A stretch of DNA of 62,274 nucleotides, filler included, from Chlamydiia bacterium (GTDB taxonomy: Bacteria > Chlamydiota > Chlamydiia > Chlamydiales > FEN-1388), in the NCBI GenBank assembly GCA_903848235.1. It is 11 parts of 11 records of this genome, joined end to end, with 100 filler letters (N's around TTAATTAATTAA, not from the genome) between each part and the next. Parts side by side here need not be neighbours in the genome. Positions count along the whole stretch, not along the records: positions 1 to 4,228 come from CAINFV010000274.1; positions 4,329 to 11,212 come from CAINFV010000275.1; 9 more parts are not named here. One strand, 5' to 3'. The notes under the pieces were generated by a model. That model saw nothing but the letters and a program-made list of their open reading frames with translations. It searched no databases and was not told the origin of the DNA. Both the position numbers and the translations under genes were made by a program. Numbering within the stretch: position 1 is the stretch's first letter; every line of letters starts with the position of its first letter. Below, one piece after another: positions 1 to 9,015 of this stretch.

Positions 1-146
1 CTTATTCGCTGATAAAAGATATTACTCCTAAAGATATTGAAATAAGCCTGAAGGTTTGTGCATGGTATTTTTTAATCGAGATTTCATGATCGACATGGCG
101 CTGGCAGCTGTCTGGTATATTTACGTCAAACTCACTGACTAACGAT

Positions 147-575
147 CTATTTCCCCATTGCAATCACATTGTTTTCCCTACCTCTGTCAAAGCTACTCTT
201 CTTCTTCGCTGCTACTTCCCATTGCTCGAGTAGCTGTCGCACCTCTGGCTCGGAGGAGGTGAAATTGATCTCCTCCCTTTGACTGAGATAAAATCGCCCT
301 AACCAAATCAACATCTGCGAATTACCAGAGAGTGCCAACTTCCACTGTGCCCTCCTCAACGATGTTTTCCCACACTCCCTACCCTCATCTATGGCTTTGG
401 AGTAATTATCCCGGATGGTGTCAACGTGAACGCCCATCACAGAGGCAATTTCAGTCAGGGGGCAGCCCATTGATGCCAGCTCTCGAATCTGCCGCTCGTT
501 TAACTCAATTTTTGGTCTACCTCCCTTCCCCTTCGCAATCTTCACATCCTTCACTTCTTTATTAACATCACTCAT
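147..575 (-). CDS. HTH protein, terminase small subunit-like
   Basis: GGRPK...LASMGCPLTEIASVMGV HTH followed by LRRAQWKLA...MLIWLGRFYL, a pattern typical of TerS-like phage proteins; last gene of the primase/helicase module. Confidence 0.6.
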   Translation of the reverse strand: MSDVNKEVKDVKIAKGKGGRPKIELNERQIRELASMGCPLTEIASVMGVHVDTIRDNYSKAIDEGRECGKTSLRRAQWKLALSGNSQMLIWLGRFYLSQREEINFTSSEPEVRQLLEQWEVAAKKKSSFDRGRENNVIAMGK

Positions 576-719
576 AATTAAATCTTTCCTTTACTTTGTT
601 TTTCTTGATCCTACCTCGATATGGATAGAGATTCAAATAATTTCTTTGCAAAACGCCACCAGAAGGCCTGAATTGACGCAAGGCGACCACCTACACCATC
701 CCATTGGAGATGTCGCCTC

Positions 720-1712
720 CTAGCGAGGCTGTATGCGTCCTAAGGCCGCTCTCATCTGCTCTTCAGCTATATCTTTACCGACTATCCTCATCAGATCATT
801 CCAATCGCTAGCATCTTTAGCTATTGGTGTATCTCCAAAGTCTGGGGCTGCAATCGATATTCTCTCGAGAGCAAGTCGTTGCGCTTCTTTGGCTTTCTCC
901 ACCCCTATATTGGGCTGTCCCTTGGCAACAAGATGTCGATCATTGTCAGCGAAAATAATGATAGGAGACGCCGGAAAGAGTTTTAGGAGGAGAGCTGTCA
1001 CAATTGGAAGATTCTCGGAGGAGAAAGAACAGATTGTTGGAATGTCGGACAACTCCATACAAGTCGCAGCAGTAGCGTACCCTTCCGCTACTCCTATCAA
1101 CTCCCCATCAATAGGCTTTCGCAGGAGATGGAATAAACCATCAGCACGGGCATCCTTCGGCATCCTCTTAGTGCCATCGTTGTTTATTATCTGATAACTC
1201 CAGATCTTCCCTCTCTCATCAACCACAGGGACTACAGCTACACACCCATACTCTTCACTGGCGTGGAACCTAATACCGTGAGCACCCACCCCCTTTCTCT
1301 CAAGATATGCAGAGTTTCCGGAGGGAGAGCAGTGTTGCCAGAATCCATATGCTTTGCGAGCTGCTTGCTCATAGAGGTTCTCTATATCCTGAGGGTTTGC
1401 GGTATGGATTCTTGCTATTCCTCTCTCTAGTTTTGATTCTTTTGCACCATCAGGACCTAGCCCATAGGTTTTAAAGCTACTAGTTCCAGAGAGCCCACGG
1501 CAGGAAGAGTGAAGGCCACACAGCCCATTCTTCAAACGCACAGTGTTGGAGATGTAAGCGCAACTCCCTCTTCCTTTGTCCTGCCCAATCTGATTACACC
1601 GTATCCACTTCGGGGTATCAACCAGCAGATCTTCAGCTGAGATATCAAGACCTTGAGATTGTAGATAGTTCGCATGTTCGACAATTTGTTCATTAAATGT
1701 TTTATATGGCAT
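720..1712 (-). CDS. TOPRIM-domain DNA primase (TraC/P4-like)
   Basis: YLERKG, AEGYATA, FADND and SDWND motifs. Confidence 0.85.
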   Translation of the reverse strand: MPYKTFNEQIVEHANYLQSQGLDISAEDLLVDTPKWIRCNQIGQDKGRGSCAYISNTVRLKNGLCGLHSSCRGLSGTSSFKTYGLGPDGAKESKLERGIARIHTANPQDIENLYEQAARKAYGFWQHCSPSGNSAYLERKGVGAHGIRFHASEEYGCVAVVPVVDERGKIWSYQIINNDGTKRMPKDARADGLFHLLRKPIDGELIGVAEGYATAATCMELSDIPTICSFSSENLPIVTALLLKLFPASPIIIFADNDRHLVAKGQPNIGVEKAKEAQRLALERISIAAPDFGDTPIAKDASDWNDLMRIVGKDIAEEQMRAALGRIQPR

Positions 1713-1799
1713 ATGATTCCTTAATAAAAAATAAGATACGCCGAAGAAAGAGTTAGCAAAATCAATTTATTCCGGCGCTTCTTGTTCGTTTTCTACCCT

Positions 1800-2037
1800 A
1801 TGTCTTACATGTCCTACTCATGTCCTACATAATTTTCATCATTTCTCTCTCTAATGTCCTAGATGTCCTACCGAAAATACAAAAAAATTGCCGAGCTTTG
1901 AAAACCAGTTTTTTTGCCAAGGCAACTGTATTTTTCTGATTTCTATAAATACCTAGGACACCTAAGACACCTAGGACATTTCTCTCTAAGAAACTAAATT
2001 CACCATATAGGACATATCTAGGACATATCTAGGACAT
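1800..2037. repeat. Iteron array, putative replication origin
   Basis: 5 copies of ATGTC(C/T)TA at about 1800-1870 facing 6 inverted copies TA(G/A)GACA at about 1954-2037, around an AT-rich spacer. Confidence 0.75.
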
Positions 2038-3471
2038 CTAGTTTTCCCAGCATCGACCATCGCTAAGGTTACAATATTTTTGAAAAGCAGTTCTTGCTTC
2101 GTTAATGGAAGGAAGGATGTATTCATATTCTCTGTTATTAGTAGGTCCGCCACGATGCTTAATCATTGTTTTGAATATCTTTTTTACACCCTTAATAAAG
2201 GATATTCTATCAATTAGAATTATATGATTGTTGCTACACCACGTTGTGAAATCTTGATAGAAATTAGAAGTAATAATTTTTGTAGGCCATATACCTTGAG
2301 GGGCTGCATTTCCAGCATCAATACGGCCTTCTTTCAAGATCTCAAACACATACTTTTCAACAGCAGAAAAACCCTCTATTTTTGCATCAAACGAAGAGAG
2401 GGTGTCGGGCATTATCCTAGGATTAAAGCTGGATAGGTCTTCATTTAAAAGATCGTACAAGAGAGCCTTAAGCCCATTACCGGCTCGTTCAGTGCGTATG
2501 TCTGCAAAAAAGCCCTGGTCTCCCTTGCGATTCTCAGAAACATTGAGATAGAAAAACCTTCTGTCATCATGTTCCACACTAACAGGCCGACTGTTGTTGC
2601 TGGAAAAGATGAAGTGTCTAAAGTTTTTCACTATGAGCTGATCCTTACCCTTACCCTCAATGACAAAGATGGGGTCAGTAACCATTGCCTTTAGCACTCC
2701 CTCGTCGTCTCTACCATCAGCCCATTTTGCTTCGCTAATTGATATCACCACTGCATCTTTGTGATGGTAGTTGAACTTTGAAAGAGCTTCTCTCATGGCC
2801 GCAAGTTGCTTGTAATGCTTTCCCCAGAGACCTCCAAAAGTCTCAACAAATGTGTTTTTCCCAATACCTTCTCCTCCACAAAGAACAATGGCGGTATGTA
2901 CTTCGTCTGGACGCTGAACCACGTATGCCAACCATTTCTTAAGGTAGTCATAGCTCTTTTCATCACCTGCACAGATAACTTCTCTGACAAAGAACCAAAA
3001 CTTTGAGCAATCCCCCTTCTGAGGCTCTACAGCGAAACCGGTCCAGATATTGTAATATCCATCAGCGTTTTCACCTTTGCGTGGATCAAAAACAATGCCC
3101 TCATACTCTCTTCTAAGTGGACTTTTTAGCCAAACATCCGCCCAAGTCCTTGTCTTATCATCGCTACATTTGATAATTTTGTTTTCATAAGAATTTCGAA
3201 AAGATTGTCGACTTTCTAAGACGAAATCTCTTCCACCAAAGACGGGATCTTTTTTCTGAGTAAGTATCCATGATTGATCTATATGAACCACGGCATGCTT
3301 TTTGTTCATTTTCTCAACTACAGTATCTTCAGCCATTTTTGGCTTCTCAGCCATACCAGGAAGCGTTTGAAGGTCTGTAAATATCAATTCTTGGGCAGTT
3401 TCTCCCTGAATTCCATTCTTTTCCTCATCTTCCAGTTGTGCGATCATGTGTTCTGTGTTACAATCAGTCAT
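2038..3471 (-). CDS. SF3/D5-like helicase (DUF5906-like primase-helicase)
   Basis: FDP...YNIWTGF, Walker A GGEGIGKN, IEGKG, FSSNN and DDRRF motifs. Confidence 0.85.
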   Translation of the reverse strand: MTDCNTEHMIAQLEDEEKNGIQGETAQELIFTDLQTLPGMAEKPKMAEDTVVEKMNKKHAVVHIDQSWILTQKKDPVFGGRDFVLESRQSFRNSYENKIIKCSDDKTRTWADVWLKSPLRREYEGIVFDPRKGENADGYYNIWTGFAVEPQKGDCSKFWFFVREVICAGDEKSYDYLKKWLAYVVQRPDEVHTAIVLCGGEGIGKNTFVETFGGLWGKHYKQLAAMREALSKFNYHHKDAVVISISEAKWADGRDDEGVLKAMVTDPIFVIEGKGKDQLIVKNFRHFIFSSNNSRPVSVEHDDRRFFYLNVSENRKGDQGFFADIRTERAGNGLKALLYDLLNEDLSSFNPRIMPDTLSSFDAKIEGFSAVEKYVFEILKEGRIDAGNAAPQGIWPTKIITSNFYQDFTTWCSNNHIILIDRISFIKGVKKIFKTMIKHRGGPTNNREYEYILPSINEARTAFQKYCNLSDGRCWEN

Positions 3472-3533
3472 ATCTAGGTCCTATTGTGGGGGAGGTTTTT
3501 CAGGGCTCCCCCTTTTCTATTGTTAAAATGTCA

Positions 3534-3737
3534 TTACGCCGAAGCTCTTCCCTCGACGTCATTCCTAATCTCAATTAGCGTCATCACCCGTCGAATCTCT
3601 TTTGCGAGTTTTATGCACTCATGTTGCCAGTACTCTTTTTCTTCATCAGGCGCTGCATTCATCTTCTCCATCAGTTCGTGGTGCTGCTTCATCAGTCTTT
3701 GTTCTTTTGCCTCTAAGTTAAGGTATGTGGGTTTCAT
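3534..3737 (-). CDS. small coiled-coil hypothetical protein of the mobile element
   Basis: 67-aa ORF whose start overlaps the stop of the upstream HTH gene. Confidence 0.55.
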   Translation of the reverse strand: MKPTYLNLEAKEQRLMKQHHELMEKMNAAPDEEKEYWQHECIKLAKEIRRVMTLIEIRNDVEGRASA

Positions 3738-4123
3738 CTTTTAGATTTTTGCAAGGCCTCACCAACTATAGGAATCGCCGAAGAAGGACCATTTGCACCA
3801 GCAGCAGATTCGAGAGCTGGTGTGTTGGTGATGCCTGCGAGAGATCCCTGCCTTCCACGGGCTATTTCAAGAGGTTTTTTATCTGAGCTTCTGCGAGTTC
3901 CATATGGCCTATTCTTCAACCATTCGACTACGTCAGACTTTTGATAGATGATCTTATGAGGGGAAAAAAGGATGAATCTTGGCCCTGTTCCATTCTTTCG
4001 CCAAGTTACGAGCGACGACTGGTCTTCAACGATCCCAGCATCAACCAAGTCTTGGGCTACAAGTATTTCCTTGTCAGGCAATTGTTTGATGATTTTTTCT
4101 ATGTATGTAGGCACTTCACTCAC
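3734..4123 (-). CDS. AlpA/excisionase-like HTH DNA-binding protein
   Basis: SLVTWRKNGTGPRFI...IIYQKSDVVEWL winged-HTH signature. Confidence 0.75.
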   Translation of the reverse strand: MSEVPTYIEKIIKQLPDKEILVAQDLVDAGIVEDQSSLVTWRKNGTGPRFILFSPHKIIYQKSDVVEWLKNRPYGTRRSSDKKPLEIARGRQGSLAGITNTPALESAAGANGPSSAIPIVGEALQKSKR

Positions 4124-4228
4124 AGTTTCTCTCCTAAAGTTGAGAGGTTTTAAAGAAATTCAGATGCGTAAAGAAAATTCTTTACCTGTTCTGAAATTCA
4201 CTTTTCTGTAAGATGGAGTAGGAAAGAC

Positions 4229-4328
4229 NNNNNNNNNNNNNNNNNNNNNNNNNNNNNNNNNNNNNNNNNNNNTTAATTAATTAANNNNNNNNNNNNNNNN
4301 NNNNNNNNNNNNNNNNNNNNNNNNNNNN
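4229..4328. other. Artificial contig linker; the same linker occurs at 11213-11312, 24028-24127, 33462-33561, 36375-36474, 39702-39801, 43913-44012, 50646-50745, 57042-57141 and 59353-59452
   Basis: N-run, TTAATTAATTAA (stops in all six frames), N-run; identical each time. Confidence 0.99.
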
Positions 4329-4448
4329 GTTACGACTAGCAATGATTTGATGAACAAATATCGCCGGGTTTTGAAGCTTCCTCTTCACAAATCGGGAAAC
4401 ACAGCTCGGGCTAAGTTCCCGATAGATCAAGAGAGAAGCGGGACGTGA
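4329..4448 (+). CDS. 3' end of a paralogous glycosyltransferase (partial, contig edge)
   Basis: VTTSNDLMNKYRRVLKLP resembles the C-terminus IMTKSKKLVRKYKKVMKIP of the next gene. Confidence 0.55.
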   Translation, partial: VTTSNDLMNKYRRVLKLPLHKSGNTARAKFPIDQERSGT

Positions 4449-4477
4449 CACTGGACTTTAGCTTTTTTGGGAGAAAG

Positions 4478-5818
4478 ATGAAAGAGACATTAAATATCTG
4501 TTTGATAGCCCTGATTTTTCATTGTTGTGCGCCAGCCGCGCTTTCAGGAATAAGTGGGGAGAAACGTGATCATCGAGGGGCGCATGAAAAATCATCGAAA
4601 AGCTATCGCCCTGATCTAACGGTTACCGGGGATGTTCTGTTGGCTGATGGGCTCGGAAAACAATCGATTGATTTGATAGAAACTCTTCGAGATTCCTTGA
4701 CGATATCGTTTTTACCGACAAGACCTGTGTCTGTAGAAGATCTCAATTCGTGCTCTCCGGCGCTCCGGCAAATTTTGGAAACATCAGGGTTGAAATTTCC
4801 TGGAAGGGTTCTCATCTACGAAAGCATGCTTTCGTGGATGCCAAGCAATGAGATACCTCGAGATAAGTTTTGGACCAGATTTAACGTTCCAGAGAAATCG
4901 AAACATCAAATTCGTATTGCATACACGATGTTTGAATCGAGTCGGGCACCGAAGGCATGGGTGTATATTCTTAATCATTCGTTTGACGCAGTAGTCGTTC
5001 CAGATGACTTTTTAGTGAAAGTCTATAAAGACTCAGGGCTTGTTATCCCAATTTTTGTCATCCCCTTAGGACGCGACTTACGGCGGTTTTTGGAAGCGCC
5101 ATTGAAAGCTGCTCGCGGCTCCCCTATGGTGTTTGCCAATTATAGTACCTGTTTTCCTCGAAAGAACCTTCTGACACTTGTCAGAGCCTTTGGCGATGCC
5201 TTTGGAAATAGTTCTGATGTACAATTACAACTCTGTTGGCGCGGATATGATCATCTTGCTCGTGAAGCTATATTAGCAGAGATTGCCTCACGGGGGCTGA
5301 CGAATGTGGTGATCGAACAGCAAGGTGTTGATGTTCGGACCTATCTAGAACGGTTTAGGCGAGCAGATTGCTATGTCAACATAGCAACGGGAGAAGGCTT
5401 TTCTATCCAACCACGAGAGGCGATGGCTCTTGGAATTCCCACCATTGTGTCGAATAACACAGGGCAAAAAACCATCTGTTCGAGCGGGCTGGTGCGTGCT
5501 GTCCCGTCCAATATCGAAATTCCGGCTATGTACACGTTTCCAGGGGATTTTGGGGTACAATATCAGTGTGCTGTTCAAGATGTCGCTGCGGCCTTAAGAG
5601 ATGTATATGCGTCGTATGACTCGTATCTACGGAAGGGAGGGGTTGCGCGGGAATGGGCGCGGCGCTATCACTATACACAGATGGCGCCTCTTTATATGAG
5701 CCTGATTAAGCCAAAAAGGGTTGTGCTCGGGGACAAAGATGCAATATTAGAAGATGGAATCATGACGAAAAGTAAAAAACTTGTTCGAAAGTATAAGAAA
5801 GTTATGAAAATTCCATAA
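4478..5818 (+). CDS. GT4-family glycosyltransferase with N-terminal signal-peptide-like segment
   Basis: YTMFESS, PRKNL, GEGFSIQPREAMALGIPTI (ExF...EAMA motif). Confidence 0.85.
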   Translation: MKETLNICLIALIFHCCAPAALSGISGEKRDHRGAHEKSSKSYRPDLTVTGDVLLADGLGKQSIDLIETLRDSLTISFLPTRPVSVEDLNSCSPALRQILETSGLKFPGRVLIYESMLSWMPSNEIPRDKFWTRFNVPEKSKHQIRIAYTMFESSRAPKAWVYILNHSFDAVVVPDDFLVKVYKDSGLVIPIFVIPLGRDLRRFLEAPLKAARGSPMVFANYSTCFPRKNLLTLVRAFGDAFGNSSDVQLQLCWRGYDHLAREAILAEIASRGLTNVVIEQQGVDVRTYLERFRRADCYVNIATGEGFSIQPREAMALGIPTIVSNNTGQKTICSSGLVRAVPSNIEIPAMYTFPGDFGVQYQCAVQDVAAALRDVYASYDSYLRKGGVAREWARRYHYTQMAPLYMSLIKPKRVVLGDKDAILEDGIMTKSKKLVRKYKKVMKIP

Positions 5819-5902
5819 GATTCACATGGCACAGAGAGAAACGACTGTCCGCTTGCTTGCCAATTCTTCGACTGCTACCCTTGAGTCTTGCTGCCTGGCA
5901 TC

Positions 5903-5958
5903 TCCTAACCTGTAAACTAGCCCGAGTTTATAGGTTAGGTAATGGTGAATAATGCAGG
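5903..5958. repeat. Hairpin related to the ACCCGAGTTTAC palindromic element; possible IS-end remnant
   Basis: CCTAACCTGTAAACT...AGTTTATAGGTTAGG stem; CCCGAGTTTA is shared with 26910-27072. Confidence 0.4.
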
Positions 5959-6072
5959 ATTTTAACCTTGAAACCCAAAACTCAGGTTTGAATGGCTTGA
6001 TGGCGGGCCCTGTAGTACCTACTATGGTATACCTTATAAACTCGGGATAGAGACTTTAGGTGTAGCAGTCCA

Positions 6073-7836
6073 ATGCCTCAACGTATTCACCATCTTGACT
6101 CTCTTACTATCGATCAAATTGCTGCAGGCGAGGTTATCGACGTCCCTGCTTCATGTGTGAAAGAGTTAGTAGAGAACTCGCTTGACGCCGGAGCTAACGA
6201 TATCCTTGTTGAAGTATCCCTCGGTGGACGGGATCTGATACGAGTGACTGACAATGGCTGTGGCATGGGGAGGGATGATATCATCAGCTCTATCGAGCGA
6301 TATGCGACGTCGAAATTGCAGCATATTGATGATCTACAGAGACTGTTGTCACGGGGGTTTCGAGGAGAGGCGTTAGCCTCCATAGTCTCGATCTCGCATG
6401 TGACGATCACCTCCGCTGAGAAGGACGGCGACGCCCCCATCTGCTCTGCCACAACTCTTGTAGCAGAGGGGGGGAAGATCTGCTCGGTGATCGACACTCA
6501 GGCGCCGCCAGGGACAACGGTAGAAGTCGCCTCGCTCTTCTACAACGTTCCTGCCCGGAGGAAATTTCTCAAATCGCCGGCTAAAGACTCCCAAGATATT
6601 ATCAAAACTATGACCTGTCTTTCGCTTGCCTCTCCCTCTGTCTCCTTTCGCCTGATTGTGGATGGGCGTCAGGTGATTGGCGTTACAGCAGAGCAGTCAG
6701 AGCCGTTGAATGCCAGGATCCGCGCTTTGCTGAAAGACCCGTTTGTGAATGACAGCTTTGACGTTCGCCATACTCGAGATGGTTTTTCGTTAACGGGGCT
6801 GATCGCTGACCCGCGTCATGCTCGCTCCACACGCTCTGGTCAGTATCTGATCGTCAATGGAAGGTATGTCGTCTCCTTTCCAATGTCGTATGCTATCAAA
6901 GCGGCCTTTGGCACGACATGCGAAGATGGAAAGCACCCTCTTTTTGCCCTTCACCTATCCCTTGACCCATCTTCAATTGATGTCAATGTGCATCCCCAGA
7001 AAAAAGAGGTGCGCTTTGCAGATGAAGAGTGGGTACGCATGCTTGTCCAAGAGTCAGTGTCAGAAGCTCTTTTTGGGAAAAGAGGGTTTTCGACATCTTG
7101 TGATGCGAGCTTGCCTCTTTATTCCCAGTCATCGGCCTCTGAATCAAACGAAGATGTATTTTCAGCATGGCGCTATGCTGCTGTAGAAGAAGCGCCCGTA
7201 ATGGCGTTTGAGATGGCAAAAGGGACTTCTTCATCTGCTCCCCAGTGCCTGGTTGTCATGGGCGATGTTGCTCTGATCAAGCTTCCTCGCACATCGGTTT
7301 TTCCTTTGGCTATCCCCGATGATGCTCTTCTCCTCCTCGATCTACGGCAAGCAATGCGTGCAGTTGTGTTTCGCGATTTTGAAAATAGCTCTTCAGAGTT
7401 GCGGACAGAGTTATTTCTAGTCCCCATTTCTTTTGACTGTTCATCTCAAGAAGCGGCACTCATTACTCAGGCCATTCCAGAGTTCGAAAAGATCGGGGTA
7501 ATCGTCCGCTCGATAGGTCCGCAGACCTTTCTTATTGAGGGTGCTCCAAAACTATTCCTGGACATTGACCTTCAAAAGTTTTGCATCGACATCGCCTATG
7601 AAGGGGTGCTCTCGTCACATGACGCTAAGCGAGCTGCGCTTCATAAACGGCTAGCTACCACCTATGTGGCGACAATGAAAGCGTTGCGTTTTCCCGTAGA
7701 TCCCGATGTTGCCCTTACCATCTTTACCCGTTGGTCACAGCATGATTTCCCGGAGCTGTCTCCTGATGGGAAGCCCTGTTATTCACAGTTGACGTCAAGT
7801 TCATTGAAAGAATGGATCGTGAAAGGAGTGAAGTGA
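6073..7836 (+). CDS. mutL: DNA mismatch repair protein MutL
   Basis: IAAGEVI, KELVENSLDAG, GFRGEALASI, DVNVHPQKKEVRF. Confidence 0.97.
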   Translation: MPQRIHHLDSLTIDQIAAGEVIDVPASCVKELVENSLDAGANDILVEVSLGGRDLIRVTDNGCGMGRDDIISSIERYATSKLQHIDDLQRLLSRGFRGEALASIVSISHVTITSAEKDGDAPICSATTLVAEGGKICSVIDTQAPPGTTVEVASLFYNVPARRKFLKSPAKDSQDIIKTMTCLSLASPSVSFRLIVDGRQVIGVTAEQSEPLNARIRALLKDPFVNDSFDVRHTRDGFSLTGLIADPRHARSTRSGQYLIVNGRYVVSFPMSYAIKAAFGTTCEDGKHPLFALHLSLDPSSIDVNVHPQKKEVRFADEEWVRMLVQESVSEALFGKRGFSTSCDASLPLYSQSSASESNEDVFSAWRYAAVEEAPVMAFEMAKGTSSSAPQCLVVMGDVALIKLPRTSVFPLAIPDDALLLLDLRQAMRAVVFRDFENSSSELRTELFLVPISFDCSSQEAALITQAIPEFEKIGVIVRSIGPQTFLIEGAPKLFLDIDLQKFCIDIAYEGVLSSHDAKRAALHKRLATTYVATMKALRFPVDPDVALTIFTRWSQHDFPELSPDGKPCYSQLTSSSLKEWIVKGVK

Positions 7837-8913
7837 GTGAAATCAGCTCTTGAGCATGTACGACGCCTGATAGCCCAGCATGAAATAGCTGGAGTTGTGA
7901 TTGTTACGCCGACAGATCTTCACTATCTTACCGGCCTTTTTCTTTCAAGAGGGGTGTTATTCATCACTCCTCAGAGAGCGACACTGTGTGTCGACCCTCG
8001 ATATCTGATGGTTGCAAAGAGTCTTTCTACAGATTTTGAGATTGTCTGTCAGCCATCATCTGAAGCCATGAAATCTGTTTTAGAGGCATTCTTCAAGGGC
8101 TGCCTGGGTTCTATCGGCTTTGATGCAGCGACGATGACGGTGGAAAGATTTCAAGAGCTGACGGCTGTTGCCTTGCCTGGGCAGCTCACACCAGCGCCAC
8201 TGCTGTTCTCTTGCCTGCGTCGCCCAAAACGCCCGGATGAGATTAAAGCTATTCAAGAGGCGTGTACGCTTTGTGAGAAAGGGTTTACCAATCTTCTTCC
8301 GCATATCCATGCGGGAGTCACCGAGCAGCAGCTCTCACAGAAGCTGAAGGCCTTTTGGTTTTCGCATGGCGCAGAGGCACTCTCGTTTGAGCCAATCATT
8401 GCCTTTGGCGCCAACAGCGCATGTCCCCACTGGTCTTCGTCGGCGACGCCCTTATCGAACAACTCTCATATTCTCATTGATATTGGTGTCAAATACCATT
8501 CGTACCACTCAGATATGACGAGAACCATCTTCTTCGGTCGCCCGGATCCGAAGATCCTCGACTTTTCTCGTCATGTTCAGGAAGCATATTCATTGGCATT
8601 TGCACATGCATGGCCTGGAGTTGCTCCGTTTTTGCTCGACGCTACCGCCCGGCACTATCTTGCGGCTCACGGCTACGGGGATGCTTTTGTCCATGGCCTC
8701 GGCCATGGCGTTGGCCTGGAGGTTCATGAGCCGCCGAGAGTGAGCGCCTTTGCGCCTCAAGAACCTTCCTTGGAAGAGGGGGATGTTATCACCATAGAGC
8801 CCGGTATCTATATCGAGGGCCTTGGCGGTGTTCGCCTTGAAAATACAGTTGTTATCGAAACTGACGGCGCAAGGTCGCTCTTCGCGCTTCCATTAGAGCC
8901 GACATTTTTGTAG
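7837..8913 (+). CDS. pepP: Xaa-Pro aminopeptidase (M24)
   Basis: YHSDMTRT, HGLGHGVGLEVHE, TIEPGIY, GVRLE; mutL-pepP order as in Chlamydia. Confidence 0.92.
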   Translation: MKSALEHVRRLIAQHEIAGVVIVTPTDLHYLTGLFLSRGVLFITPQRATLCVDPRYLMVAKSLSTDFEIVCQPSSEAMKSVLEAFFKGCLGSIGFDAATMTVERFQELTAVALPGQLTPAPLLFSCLRRPKRPDEIKAIQEACTLCEKGFTNLLPHIHAGVTEQQLSQKLKAFWFSHGAEALSFEPIIAFGANSACPHWSSSATPLSNNSHILIDIGVKYHSYHSDMTRTIFFGRPDPKILDFSRHVQEAYSLAFAHAWPGVAPFLLDATARHYLAAHGYGDAFVHGLGHGVGLEVHEPPRVSAFAPQEPSLEEGDVITIEPGIYIEGLGGVRLENTVVIETDGARSLFALPLEPTFL

Positions 8914-9015
8914 AGCCAATTTTAGCAATGAAGGCGTATCAATCAAAACTTGACAAGAAAAATCATCTATTGCCATATGGTGAAAAAAGGTTTTTTCACT
9001 AGAGGGGTAAAAAGT

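Noticed and set aside
733..1194. This and the many other short ORFs overlapping well-supported genes
   Set aside because: Shadow frames without motifs or RBS support
1800..2037. CRISPR array
   Set aside because: Repeats are only 7-8 bp, in both orientations, with no spacer-sized unique intervals
4229..4328. Recurrent TTAATTAATTAA within N-runs
   Set aside because: Artificial contig linker; ORFs containing X that cross it are artefacts
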